Origin: Lytechinus pictus
Lineage: Eukaryota
DNA: 64,000 bases
Assembly: GCF_037042905.1 (NCBI RefSeq)
Contig: NC_087251.1
Location: 25,670,001-25,734,000 of the forward strand
Direction: 5' to 3'
Within the stretch, counting starts at the first letter, position 1. Each line of letters starts with the position of its first letter. A program made the translations under genes and the position numbers. Positions 36,601 to 49,449 of this stretch are shown piece after piece. The notes under the pieces were generated by a model. The model did no database searches. It saw only the letters and a list, made by a program, of their open reading frames with translations, and was not told the DNA's origin.

Positions 36601-39600
36601 GTAAGTACATGTATTGCATAGATTATAGAAGCAAGCTGGGGACCAATCAAATTCTCTTAATTATTATTTTATCTACCCTGAATTTGTTTATCTTCTTACT
36701 TCAGTTAGGTAACTTTAATTTGATTTTAATTGTCAGTGAATACTTGGATTGAGAAAAATTAAAGTGTGTATAGATATACATGTATTAAATCATAATAAAG
36801 GGCCGGTTTCATAAATGTGACTGGTAAATCTTCCGTCAATGGAAACTTACTTATGGGATTCACCTTCAGTGAATCCAAAGAACCCCTCAAGTTGCAAAAA
36901 TAGTCATTGTAAAAGAGGATTTCATCGCCCCCTGTCTTTTATACTAAGAAAATGGTTTTTGTTGTCTTTATGTATTCCAATCTAGATTGAGGATGAGATG
37001 ATCCAGTGTGTGGTTTGTGAAGATTGGCTTCATGGGAGGGTAAGTATGCCTGCTGCCCCCATTCATCCTAACTTCCAAAGCAAGGGGGTGGGTCATTGAC
37101 ATTAGTCTTCTGACAAATCAGGGGACAGTTTCAAGACAGCTGTCAGCACTGACAAGTTGTCTTTATGATAGTTACCATAGTAACAGGCCAGTGTTTCTCA
37201 GCCAACCAAAACCAAGGATTTCAATGAAATTGGCAGCATTGACAGTTTAGTCAGTGCTGACAACTTTCATGAAATGGCCCTCAGATCTGACATAATATTG
37301 ATTGTTTTGTTGGGCAAAGAAGCACAAGTGTCTTGTACTGTGAAGACCATTTGAATAATGACAACTCGTCAGTTCTGGCAACTTGTATTGGGTGGTGTTA
37401 ATGTTTATGGTACTCCAACACAATGTTATGATATCTTACTGGAAATCACCAATTGACTCCGAATATCAAAAACTTTGCAGTGATATAAGGATGGGCTTCA
37501 CAAAATTAATCAGACTCCTGGACGTATAATAAAGAGGTAGGATTAAAATCGATCTCAATATGTGACATTAGTCACATATTGCTTAATTTCAAGTGGAGAT
37601 TACTTTGAATAAATTTAAATAGTTTTGAATCAAGAGGTCTTGTCTTGAAACAATTCTACAAACATGGTAGGTAGACCCTTTAAAGAGCCTATGGAAAATA
37701 CAAAATTTAGCATTTGTGTTAAGGAAGTTATTTTATCTGTACGTCATTTAATTTAAAAAAATTGGTTTCCAAAAATATTGAGATCAAGGACTTCTTTGCA
37801 GCGATGATATTCCTTGGTTTAGATGCATGCACATGCTGTTCAGATAATATAAATGCAATCTATACACTATTGTTTTCTTTACCAAACAGCATCTTGGCTG
37901 TGCCAGTGTACCAGACAGTGATGGCTACCAAGAAATGGTGTGTGAGGCATGCATGGACAGATGTAACTTTCTCTGGAACTATAATCTCCACAGTGTAGGT
38001 ATGTACATTTCATCTGCATGTGCTATTTTCCAACAATGTATACCCTACATTACATAAATAGCAAGTGAAAGATTACTTCCCTGATTTAAATCACACTTAA
38101 CATGAATTTAGATGGTTGTAAAGTCCCATGTTATAAAGATTTGCAATTGATTGAAGTCGGTCTTTCATATGGAAAGCCAGTGACACCATAAAAGTGATCT
38201 TTGTCATCTAGAATAGGTATATGTTTGAGTATATAGTGTACGTCTTAATAGTCAAGAGTTTACCCCCCCTCTCCCTCCCTCTCTCTTTCTTTCTCTTTAC
38301 ATATGCTTGTTCCTTTAATTAAGGAATAACTTCCTGTCAGTGGCAATAATGGCATTGCTGGTTTTACATAGTTTTAAATAGATAGATTTCAATAAATAGC
38401 AACACTTTACAAGACACTACCTAGGGTCACAAATGTTCTCAGGGAAAACATACCCTTAGCTTGCACCTTAACAATTCAGAAAATTCTTTTAAGATTTTGT
38501 TTTTCTATGATGTAGTTTTGTTAGCCTGCCCATCTAATCAAGCGAGTCTGCATATTTACACCATGATTTACAACAATTTTATTTTGATATTTTCATTGGA
38601 ACAGAAACAAAAGTTGTCAAAGATGAAACCTCTTCTAACATAGATGTGACCACTATGGAAGAGAAGGAACCTAGTTTGATTGAAGCGACAGGTGGTCCAT
38701 CTGTTAATAACTATTCAGTGGAAACCAAGGAGGTAGCCTCAACATCTTGTGATAATGTGACCATGAACAATGAAGCACAGAGGGAAGGAACCGATCCCCA
38801 GATATCAATAGATGCAGAGACATCGGGTGTAGCTTCTTCTAACAAGGTGTCATCAGTAGTGGAAAGGAAAGGAGATTTGTCAAGCATTCCTGGATCAGAT
38901 GGTGTATCGTCTTCGACAGACTCCATGAAGACTCCTGAACAGGTTTCTGGTGAAGGAGATGCTACAAGGACTGATACCTGCCAGGAAAGCAGTATAGCAA
39001 GCAGTGGTCATGACAGTGACACTGCTAAAGTGGAGCCATCAGCTTCAATACCTACAACTCTGCCATCAGCTGCAAAGGATGAAGTCTCGACATCCGAGAC
39101 TGCTTCATCATCTTCAAATTCTACAACGTTGCTGACTCCTAGTGAAAGAGAAGTTCATACAGAAGAAAATGTAAAGGTTTCCAAACAAGATACTGCAGAG
39201 GAAGACAAGAACTTGAAAACTGATGATTGCAGACTTAAGCAACTTAGCAACAGAACAATTGAAAGAAATAAAGGTGCTGTTTTCTGGCCAATGGGGTGGA
39301 GAACCAAGCTTTGTACCTGTCCAGAATGCAAGGTGAGAGGAAATAATTATTTCCCAGTTGCTTTTATTGGTGCATGACTTGCTCTATTTTGATTATTTTA
39401 TTTCCTGAACATTGTATGTGAAAAAATAAGAAGCTTTCTGTGCTCGTGGACTTGTGAAGGAGGTATATATGGTCAATGGTTTTTTGTGCAGGTGTTCCGT
39501 TTTCTATAAATATAGTGATGATTAATTTGACAGTTTGGGTAGGCATGTGGATAGCGCGGGTGGTCGCTTGCTCGCCCCGTCCGTTGCTGATATCTTGGAG

Positions 39601-41809
39601 CAAACTAGTGTTTCAGTTTCTGTATGATGCTTAAAGGACCATGCACACACATTTGGTCTTGGAGTGAACACATGCAAGACACATTATTTTATGTGTTGGG
39701 TACTACATTGCCATGGTAATGGAATGTAATGACAAAAATCAGGGAAAACTTAGAGAGCAAGTGCCAGACCCTTTCTGCCATTATTAACATCTTCTTCATA
39801 TAATGCTGTTATGATAGCCATCTTCAGTGATATTTCAGGTCAAATGAATTAACATATTATCTTGAATTATTATCTTGATTGCATTGATGTGACATTTATC
39901 TTCTATTGATGTTATGAATGTGACATAATAATCTCATAGCACGCTCCCTTGGAGGATGAACAAATACACATTAACATAGTTGTCAGAGATGCGCTTGCTG
40001 CAGAACACTAATGCGTGCAAGGCAGTGGCTTCAGGCAGTGGTGGCGCGATGATGTAAATGCATAAGGTCTATTGAGAAAAAAGTCATTATTCAGCCTGCT
40101 GGCTGCTATTCCCAGTGTTACAATAAACTATACTGAATATTGAATTAACCATGTTGCAGGCAATGTATGACAGACTGAACGTGAGTTTCTTGCAAGACCC
40201 AACTGATTCTGTAGCAGCGTATGAAGAGAGAGGGAAAGGCAAACGTAAGAGGTCCCAATACGATCAAGGGATGGAAGCACTCTCTAACATGGACCGTGTT
40301 CAGCAAGGCGAGATGATGCATGGTAAGATCCTGCACATAATAGTAATTCTGTGTGGAAGTGTCCTGTTACAGTTCTGACTCATGCCTTGTAATCAGAGGG
40401 TCATGTGTTTGAACTTCCAAGAGGCATTAATGCCCTTTTGGCAAGGCGGCAATTTGCACTTGGCCACTCTTCACCCAGATTTTTGTATAGATACAAGGTA
40501 GGATGCAAATGTCAGAGTAATTTTCTTACCAATTAGACTGTCTTAATTGTCTTCTTGTAGCTGGAATATTCCCCAGGGATTGTCCCTTTCCTGTACATGT
40601 CAAAATCCACTGACCATGGGAATAATGTATATACTTTGCCGTTACAATGTAATAAGTGCTCTATAAAAGCAAAATATTATTATTGAAATTGTTATTATTA
40701 TTGAACTTTGTAAATTTTCTGTTCAATTTTTTGTTTGTGTATACTTGTTATAAAATATAAGTATTAAGGAGTTCTTTTCAAAGGGAATTGAAACTAAGGA
40801 TGGATAGGTTATGTACCATTTGTTCTGTGTTCTAGGTTGAGCTTCATTGAAGGGTATTCCCAAATGATTTTAAGTCCATTAGGTATAATAGCATTTAGAA
40901 TTGTGTATTACAATTAGTCTAGGTATCCGCTTATTTATTGTACCAGATATTATCTAAAGTTCTCAAGATGTTATTTTCAAGATATGGTAAGAGGGTATGT
41001 AGTTTTATGATTTGTATTTTATTTCTTTCGTCTGTGTTCTATGGACTTCAGGCTACCGTGATATGAAGTCGGCTCTTAGTGATTTTCTGCGTAGCTTTGC
41101 TGAACAAGGAAAGGTAAGGAAGTTTAATTTTCTCCATATAATTTGCATGATGTATATAGTCTTCAAATTATTTGAATAGTGGGGTGTTTATTGAACTCTC
41201 CATTTTACTTCTACCTACAAGCTTTAAATATGCCAAATGTATTTTTAGTGGGAGACCTGTTTTAATCCCAGATAGATATCATAATTACACAGCATACATA
41301 AATTTGCATATTAGGTCAAAATTCATTTTAAAGTAAGAACGTATCTTCTGCATTAAGATAGTAAAATTCAAAATGGGTATAATACTAGTGATCGTATGGC
41401 TTTGACTTATTCTGTAGGACATCTGCATGTTTGTGATCCTGTAAGGTCAAAGGTCATGTGGAGTCAAATGTTATTTTCTATGTTCAAATTATAGTATTCA
41501 ATATGATTATCGAACAGTGTGTCCCACAAAAAACGAAACCAAGAGTAACATAAGATTTATCAGATGAAACGTGAGACTCCTAAAGCTTTAAACTGGTAGG
41601 CAATATTTCTATTGTATTTGTGATTATGTTATGATAAATCATTGATAATTCTTGGTTTTGTCTTTTTCTGGGATGCTCTGTATTGATCATACTATGGCTT
41701 TTATTTTCAGGTGGTGACAGCCAGTGATATCCAGGAGTTCTATGAAAGTCTGAACAGGAAACGGCAGAGAGTAGGATCAGCAACGAGCATGCAGTACATG
41801 TGTCGCTGA
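30691..41809 (+). CDS. UBR7: UBR-box/PHD protein UBR7 (putative E3 ubiquitin ligase), 10 coding exons
   Basis: Exons 30691-30813, 35470-35603, 35974-36034, 36505-36600, 36986-37039, 37890-37998, 38605-39332, 40160-40322, 41052-41113 and 41711-41809, all GT-AG with consistent phases. Motifs ELEEEAAAVLGDSDDKCCTY, GYVSRQALYACLTC, CLACSYECHEGH, ELYTKRNFRCDCGN, YNHNF.G.YCTCKRPYPDP, MIQCVVCEDWLH, WRTKLCTCPEC, ending MQYMCR*. Confidence 0.96.
30952..31127. mobile_element. Nested-palindrome MITE in UBR7 intron 1
   Basis: Outer arms TTGAATGAGTGCACAGAAGCGTTATTCCTA / TAGGAATAACGCTTCTGTGCACTCATTCAA. Inner hairpin AGCACATTAG.TGTGCGAGGTTAG / CTAACCTCGCACA.CTAATGTGCT. Confidence 0.75.
31690..31978 (-). mobile_element. 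5'-truncated L2/CR1-group LINE 3' end
   Basis: Minus strand reads LLKTPKTRVAYGARAFSASAPSL*NNLPLNLRIIQSLETFKSKLKSYLF*, then a 3' UTR and (TAT)n tail. Confidence 0.85.
33350..33888 (-). mobile_element. Partial inverted copy of the piggyBac-like MITE at 62118-62898
   Basis: Ends GGG|TTAA. Internal gacatgcacatacaaaatgttgcgtaa is nearly the reverse complement of sequence at ~62288-62315. Confidence 0.7.
34045..34490. mobile_element. Right part of a Tc1/pogo-like element with repeated ttccaactaacccc motifs
   Basis: Ends ...gttccaactaaccccgatctcccctactg|ta. A related left end, taggggaaggcggggtaagttg, starts at ~63843. Confidence 0.5.
35036..35312 (-). mobile_element. tRNA-derived SINE
   Basis: (AAT)n tail with tatagcgc, core ccaggtacccattcacctcacctgggttgagtgcagcac, and B-box-like complement gatttaacccacgacc. 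Confidence 0.75.
37121..37280. mobile_element. Harbinger-like palindromic MITE
   Basis: ggggacagtttca..gtcagcactgac ... gtcagtgctgac..tgaaatggccc. Confidence 0.5.
40355..40690 (+). mobile_element. Degenerate SINE
   Basis: aatcagagggtc.tgtgtttgaac, ccttttggcaaggc, ctcttcacccag, tail aagtgctctataaa..tattattatt. Confidence 0.55.
41515..41680. mobile_element. Internally deleted, older relative of the 8495-9314 MITE
   Basis: CAGTGTGTCCCACAAAAAACGAAACC ... GGTTTTGTCTTTTTCTGGGATGCTCTG|TA. Confidence 0.75.
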
Positions 41810-44329
41810 ATGAATTGATCATGGCTAGAAGACTGACCCATGGGATGAATCGTAGTAAGAGGAAATTCTGAGGTGATATGTCAGGAATCTGGCATGTAGC
41901 AGGTTTTGATATTCCATGTTGAAATTAATACATAGCCAGAATGTGCTTTCATGATAAAGGTTCTACATAGACATTGCTTTATGGTTGGTATCTTTAATAT
42001 TGTACAAGGAATTTCAGCTGTTAACTCAAAAAGCCACATTTTTCATGTTACTCCAAACTTGAAACAGAGGAGGCAGCTGCTCGGCCAGTGCACACAGTTT
42101 TATTAGTAATAACTTGATAATGCCATTTGTCTACACTCTAGATACCCACTTATCCTACGAAAAAAAAAAATGAACTATGCTCCTTTTTAAAAATATTCTG
42201 AAAGGGTATTACAAAATTTTTTTAGTTTAATTTTTCTCAAAAAAATCTCGGTGATAGTTCTGTGCACAGAAAGCTAATTGCAAGAAATTACAGTAATGAT
42301 TTTGATAGAAAGGCTTCAAATTTATTATTAATAGTTACACCATCAGCATCACTGACACAGATTAGCACACATGGTCATGTGTATTACGACACAAGTTGAA
42401 GTATACAGAAAAGAATTGTTAATCTGACAGAATGCCATGCTAATTTTGCTCATTTCACAGTAATTATTACTTCCTTATGGAATCATTTGACATGTTCAGG
42501 TAACTCTGCCTAAGTTTAAGTGTGACTTATAGACCACACGTTATACTTTGAATATTGTACCGTTTTTCATTTTCATGACTCAACTCTTGTACCTACCTGA
42601 CTTTGTGTTACATTTTAGAGAGAAAAATCACTGAACAGGGATTCATAACTCGTCAGTGTCAAAAGTTACACATTAATTAACTTCTTAAAATTTTAAAATG
42701 TACAGCGCCCTCTTGTGTTCAAGCAGTTATGCCTGTATTGCCTCTATGGTTTCCTAGTAGATAAAACTTCATCAGATTTGCTTTAGAGAGTTTTGTTTTC
42801 TTCACAGTTATGGACAGAATGTATAATGTCATAACAATTTAGAAGGTATATAACCTTAGATTAAAGAAAAATTATGGAAGCTATGAATTTCTTGGGTTTT
42901 TTATTAATCCAATAATAACGTGTATGCCTTTCATTCTGATCCGTTCCACATGATTTCTAACTTCAGGATGGACTTTTCTTTGGCTTACTTCCCCCCCCCC
43001 CTCCAAATGAAAATATATATCAGTGAATAAAAAGAAAAAATGCAGAGGAAGACATTGTGATGTTTAGATAAATTTTGTTTTGGGTGTAACAATTTGTGCC
43101 CATTAGGTTGATAACTTATATCAATAGTTCAATGGTTTTTCTGCATAGACCAGTATCCAGGCTTTACAGCAACTTAATATCCCAGAAATTACACCCCAGT
43201 CCCCCCTCCCAGAAAACACACACTGACACACACCCTCATACTCCCACACACACAGTGTTTTCTACCAAAGAGTACAATGACTATCCCCCTTATTTTGCCT
43301 TTTCTTTCATCTCTCATCTGTGCACCTGGTTGAATTTGAGCACTAATAACAAAGCTTGTGGTTGGCTAATGACTTAGAACACTTTGTTTCTCATTGCTTT
43401 ATACACCATTATAGCATTTTTTCCTTTTTTATTAACAATATGGTCCCAGCTATAAAGTAAGTCAAGGTTCTCCTTTCCGGATGAAAACCAGGGAGTGTTA
43501 TTAAGCGAACACCCTGGTGTTGAGTTCTCTATAATAGGATTTTTACAGTGTTATCCCACAATTTGCTCATATAACATAACATTAGTTCAGGTGAGAAGAT
43601 ACCAAATCATTGTTAACCATTCTCAGCAACTCTTTGTCGACTATATTTCTGATGCTTTTATGTTTTCCAGAATTTTTTTTTTTCTGTAATATTAGTTCTA
43701 TATGACTACGCCATGAGATTTTCATTGATTATTACTCTCATTTCAATTGGTTTCCATTTATATTGATATCAATATTCACATCCTGGATTTTTCTTATTCC
43801 CTGTCTTGTACCCAGCACAATATATTCGGATTTGTTTACATTTAAATGTAAATTATTAAGAACAAGCCATTGCCTTACATATTCCAGATCTTCAGGTTGC
43901 ATTTAACTTCAATCTGATAATATATTGATCATGTTTTTATTTTCTACTAAATACAGCTTCAAGAGCATCATAAGTATTTCTCATTAATAGAATACAAATT
44001 ACATAAGAAAACATACTGTTGACACAAAATAATTTTCTTTGTCATATTCTTAACTTCACACCAATACATGGACTCAGGAAGAAACATCAAGTTCTTAATG
44101 GAAATTTATATTTTTCTCATAAGATAATGCAGATTGCATTACTGTACTCTACAAATAAAGAAGCATGAAATGTTTACATCAAAACTAGTTTATCTTACAT
44201 ACTGTTAGAATACTTTCCTTCAACTTCTTCTTTTTTTATTTGCTATGACTCTGAAATGAACCATACATGTGTAGCACTAACAGTTTGAACTATATATCAC
44301 ATTATGAAGCAGCGTGGTATAATGCTGAT

Positions 44330-45480
44330 CCATTCTCATAGACAGCTGTGCCTATGCAAGGATCACAAGCTTGGAACTGAGAGTTAAGGTAGAACTCTAG
44401 AGTTTGCCCTTCCTCGCTTTTTCTGCACTTCACAAAGTGAACTGCCTGTGTTCTCGGAATTGCTACAGTGCAAGAGATCAAATTCTGCAGACTTCATGAA
44501 GAGGACATTCACCTTTAGAATTCTGTTTGCATACACGGCAAACTTTTCGGCTGTTGATGACTTTTCTGGCACAGACATCTCTATAGACAGCAGCCTTCAC
44601 AGTACCTCCAACAGCGTCAATGACACCCTTTCCATGATGGCTTTCAAAGAAGCTCCAGGTTACTTCAAGGGACTCTGCATACCTTGTGAGAAGGGAAAAG
44701 CAAAATCTGGACTTAAATTGGGCAGCCCATCAGTCACTCAAGAAAATGGACATGCTTCAGGTCAAGAAAAATCTGTTTGGCCAATTCAATCAACTTCCGG
44801 TTGCACTGAAAGGCACCAAACTTGTTGTGCTTAGTATTATCTGACACCATGACGCAGGTCTCGGCATAGGTTGGTTCTTGGACTCTGTACCAGTAGCATA
44901 CTGTGTAGATGGAGAAAGCGTCATGTCCGAAGTATGCTGATTGAATTTCATGTTGCTGTCTGTTTTCGTAGTTTTCACTGTAGTCGACTTGGATAAGAAC
45001 TTCATCTGCCTCCAGGTGCTGACGTTTGTAAGACATTTCAGCATGCTGTCTCGGTCAATTATAGTGATGACGCTTGAAATCAAGGAGCTGTTTTGTTAAC
45101 TCTCTACAGGCTAGCTTCTTTACCCTTGCTTTCTACTTGCACCTTCTCTGGATAGTGTATGCCTTCCTGCTTCTTCCACTGGTAGTAGGTCAAATGATCC
45201 ACCTCCTTCAGTGAGTCAAAGCAACTGGATAGGGCTTGGAGACCAGGACAAGCATCACATGTGCCATCAACTCAGTCTGTGTTTTCAGGGTTGCATTGGA
45301 TGAGACTCATCAGCAAAGATTTTGATGAAGTGGGTGAGGCAAAATTCCTTTGCATTTATTGACTGGATGAGGAGATCCATATTTTTGCACTTTGGACACA
45401 GGCATAGAAATAGTTGTTGAATGATTAGCATGACATATGTTCTTAAAAAAATATTTGATGAATGGTCATAGATCTCTGAA
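44330..45480 (-). pseudogene. Decayed Sola(2)-type transposase
   Basis: Across frameshifts and stops: CLCPKCKN, CDACPG, YYQWKK, VDYSENY..Q.EIQSAYF, VSDNTKH, FLSD*WAAQFKSRF, WSFFESHHGKGVIDAVGGTVK. Confidence 0.7.
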
Positions 45481-47025
45481 AGCTTAAGTTGATGTATTAA
45501 ACAAAATTCTTTACTTTTAAAATGAATAGAAATACGTACCAGTCTTATTTCTTTGCCTGGCGTAATCACTTGCCTTTTTTTTCAAGTCGCTCCAGGACTG
45601 CCTCAGGTTGGAGGCAGTACGACCAGGACAGCCAAGAGCCGCTAGCTGCTCTGACAGCTCCTCCCATGCCTTTCTTCTTGTTTCTGCAACCTTTATTTGA
45701 TATGCAAACACACCAAAAAAAAAAAGTTTTTCCTGCAGTAAACTAAATTTACACTCTTAAGTAAAAAAAAAATATGTAGGGTTCCTTAGGGTTGATACTT
45801 TGTTTTTACGCTGCTGTTGTTTTCATACACGGTCTTTGTTCTGCAGTCTCTCTTTATTCATTTCCCTGTATATCTTCTGTCTAGTTGTGTGATCTTTCTT
45901 AGGATGATTTGGCGCCATTGCATTGGATGAGACTCATCAGCAAAGATTTTGATGAAGTGGGGGAGGCAAAATTCCTTTGCATTTATTGACTGGATGAGGA
46001 GATCCATATTTTTGCACTTTGGACACAGGCATAGAAATAGTTGTTGAATGATTAGCATGACATATGTTCTTAAAAAATTATTTGATGAATGGTCATAGAT
46101 CTCTGAAAGCTTAAGTTGATGTATTAAACAAAATTCTTTACTTTTAAAATGAATAGAAATACGTACCAGTCTTATTTCTTTGCCTGGCGTAATCACTTGC
46201 CTTTTTTTTCAAGTCGCTCCAGGACTGCCTCAGGTTGGAGGCAGTACGACCAGGACAGCCAAGAGCCGCTAGCTGCTCTGACAGCTCCTCCCATGCCTTT
46301 CTTCTTGTTTCTGCAACCTTTATTTGATATGCAAACACACCAAAAAAAAAAGTTTTTCCTGCAGTAAACTAAATTTACACTCTTAAGTAAAAAAAAAATA
46401 TGTAGGGTTCCTTAGGGTTGATACTTTGTTTTTACGCTGCTGTTGTTTTCATACACGGTCTTTGTTCTGCAGTCTCTCTTTATTCATTTCCCTGTATATC
46501 TTCTGTCTAGTTGTGTGATCTTTCTTAGGATGATTTGGCGCCATTGCATTGGATGAGACTCATCAGCAAAGATTTTGATGAAGTGGGGAGGCACAATTCC
46601 TTTGCATTTATTGACTGGATGAGGAGATCCATATTTTTGCACTTTGGACACAGGCATAGAAATAGTTGTTGAATGATTAGCATGACATATATTCTAAAAA
46701 AATTATTTGATGAATGGTCATAGATCTCTTAAAGCCTAAGTTGATGTATTAAACAAAATTCTTTACTTTTAAAATGAATAAAAATACGTACCAGTCTTAT
46801 TTCTTTGCCTGGCGTAATCACTTGCCTTTTTTTTCAAGTCACTCCAGGACTGCCTCAGGTTGGAGGCAGTACGACCAGGACAGCCAAGAGCCGCTAGCTG
46901 CTCTGACAGCTCCTCCCATGCCTTTCTTCTTGTTTCTGCAACCTTTATTTGATATGCAAACACACCAAAAAAAAAAAAAGTTTTTCCTGCAGTAAACTAA
47001 ATTTACACTCTTAAGTAAATATGTA
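45291..47025. repeat. Near-identical tandem repeat, ~626-bp unit, ~2.8 copies
   Basis: Units start at 45291, 45918 and 46544. The ORF track shows identical 64-aa peptides at 45517, 46144 and 46769. Confidence 0.97.
45540..45690 (-). pseudogene. Myb/SANT-like (trihelix) exon of Harbinger-type DNA-binding protein, repeated in each tandem unit
   Basis: aag|VAETRRKAWEELSEQLAALGCPGRTASNLRQSWSDLKKKASDYARQRNKTG|gtacgt. The W..(I/L)...L.....RT......W.DLK...R.KTG pattern is typical of Harbinger Myb/MSANTD/NAIF1 proteins. Confidence 0.7.
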
Positions 47026-47491
47026 TTTTACAACAAGTGGAACACGTCAGACTGGCAGTCTCACCTGCATTATGCAATTCAATATACTGTAGCAGCAGTG
47101 CTGACTTCAAGGGGCTGATCCAGCTTTTGCCATTAGGGAATGGGGGGTGGGGTATTTTCCTCGACCAGCCTCACCTGGGTTGAGTGAAGCACAATGTAGG
47201 TAAATTTCTTGCAGAAGGAAAACATGCCATGGCTGGGAATCAAACCCACATCTCTCAGATTGGAAGACAAGTGTTATAACCACTTGACCAAGATGTCACC
47301 TACAAGGTGAGATTTAATAACATTTATTTGCTACTACATTCAAGGATGCCAAATATATTATTTTAGGTCTAATAAAAGAAAATCTGCTAAGGGAAAGCTT
47401 CTTCTCTTTTTCATAAATATTCATAAAACTTTGATAAAATTTGCATCAGGACTACCAAAAAAAAACCGCAATAAAACCTGTCTATAAATAC

Positions 47492-47660
47492 AAACAAGAG
47501 TGCCGCTCAGGCGAGCACATTATGCGCCCGCCTGCAACGTGGAACATGGAGTTATTGGTCAAGCAAGAAACTAGTTATCGCGTTTACAAGGAAAAGTTAA
47601 CGGACGGACACCAAGCATGATACCATAATACGTCCCGTCTAGGACGGGCGTATAATAAAA
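47492..47660 (+). mobile_element. Short Helentron-associated (HINE/DINE-like) element
   Basis: Starts aaacaagag, contains ggacggaca, ends with hairpin atacgtcccgtc-tag-gacgggcgtat followed by an A-run. Confidence 0.55.
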
Positions 47661-48659
47661 ATGGTTGCAAATAGAATTTGTGCAATTTTGAAATTTAGCT
47701 TCCATACTGTATATCTTGCCCTTTCACATGGTGATAACGGCTGACCAAACAACCGTGTATGATTGACCCGCACAAAATCGCACATACACTGGAGTTGCTC
47801 CAGTGTATATCTTGACTTTTTCAGCTGTAAGAAATTGAATGAGAAATAATCTTATTAGATGATCACAAAATTCCACTAAGAGATAAAGCCATACAAATAT
47901 TTGCATTTAGTTTTCTTTCAATTTAAATTATCAAATGTTAAGTATTCTGTTTGGGGTGATTTTAACCATGGCTTTAATAAAGATTATTTTGATGGTCGGA
48001 TCTAATTGTTGGACTTATGACCATGATTCAAACAGATGAAAACAATCTCAATATAAACTAGAACAAATATTTGGATTGCCCATGAAATTACATTTCAGAT
48101 GATATATTACCTTAAAGGGATTTGTTCATTTCATCAAGGTCATGTTTATATGCTCATCAGTTTGTTTACTGTATTGTTATAAATGTTTAATTTAGCTATA
48201 AAATGAGATCAAAATAAAAGGTGCCCTTTGAAAACCAAAGTAATGCATGTTTAATACTAATACAATATTCTCATAGTGTCCATTCGGCCAAAAAATTACA
48301 TCATGTAACTTTGTTCCTCTGCGAGAATTTTTAGTGTTTTTTTTATAAAGGATTTGTAAGGTGTACTTAAATAATTAATCATTTAATAAACCATTTCTTT
48401 TGGAAACTGAGAAACAGATGGATGGAGAAAGAAAATAAGGATGAAATAGAATCAATTGTACATGTTTATGTTTTGAAACATGACATAATCTTTTTGAATT
48501 TACCCCTCCCTGCAACAAAGCATATGAAAGTGTGCCCAGTTTATTTTACCACCCTTTTACATCATTTATGTTAGTATTCTTAATTCAGGTTAATGATGCA
48601 AACTAAGTGGAGAAGGTACAAAATAACTTGGAATTGAAATTCAAAAGAGTGTTTGAACT

Positions 48660-48902
48660 GTTGGTCTCCAGTTTGAGCAGAGGCATGTTCTTTTTCTTTT
48701 TACGCAAGGCTTCGGCTCTAGAATTTCTCTTTCTTCCAGCATCCTTCTTTTTTTTCCTTGTAGGGTTCCTTAGGGTTGATACTTTGTTTTTACGCTGCTG
48801 TTGTTTTCATACACGGTCTTTGTTCTGCAGTCTCTCTCTATTCATTTCCCTGTATTCCTTCTGTCTAGTTTTGTGATCTTTCTTAGGATGATTTGGCGCC
48901 AT
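48660..48902 (-). pseudogene. Lys/Arg-rich N-terminal coding remnant, probably the start of a transposase; source of part of the tandem unit
   Basis: tttcag|gtcaatcATG GCG CCA AAT CAT CCT AAG AAA.. = MAPNHPKKDHKTRQKEYREMNRERLQNKDRV*KQQQRKK. 48759-48902 recurs inside the 626-bp unit. Confidence 0.45.
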
Positions 48903-49449
48903 GATTGACCTGAAATTGAAATTGAATGAGATATTCTGAATATCTAAATGATTTGCATTATACTTTTGTTTTAAACATTTCTGTTGTCTCTATCTTTTTA
49001 TGTCTCCATCCTTATTCTTCTTCTGGTGTCTCATGCTCAGACCGCCTCTTCCCTCTTCTTTTTTATTACTAGACAATTTATAGTGTGTTGCTATGATTAT
49101 TACCATAACCTTAAATACCCTTGTTAAAATCATGCTTTAAAGACCTGGCATCCGTCAACATTAACATGTCAACCTTTTCATTGATAAGTGATGATAAGTG
49201 ACAATTGTACATTCTATACCTAGGGCCTACTTTGTAATGTACATGCAAGCCTACTTGTGCAACTCTGTGTACAGAGTTCAATTAAGACTTTATCAAAGAG
49301 AATTTTTGCAATATATAATCATATCAGTAAAGATACAACTCCTTTAGGGTACTTTCTTACGTACCTCATGAAGTATGACTTTAAAGAAGTGAAATTAGAT
49401 GTTAAATCTTACTTGAAATTCACATTTTTCCAATGATTACAGCTTCCAT

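Noticed and set aside
44448..44834. 128-aa + strand ORF
   Set aside because: Antisense to the decayed Sola-type transposase.
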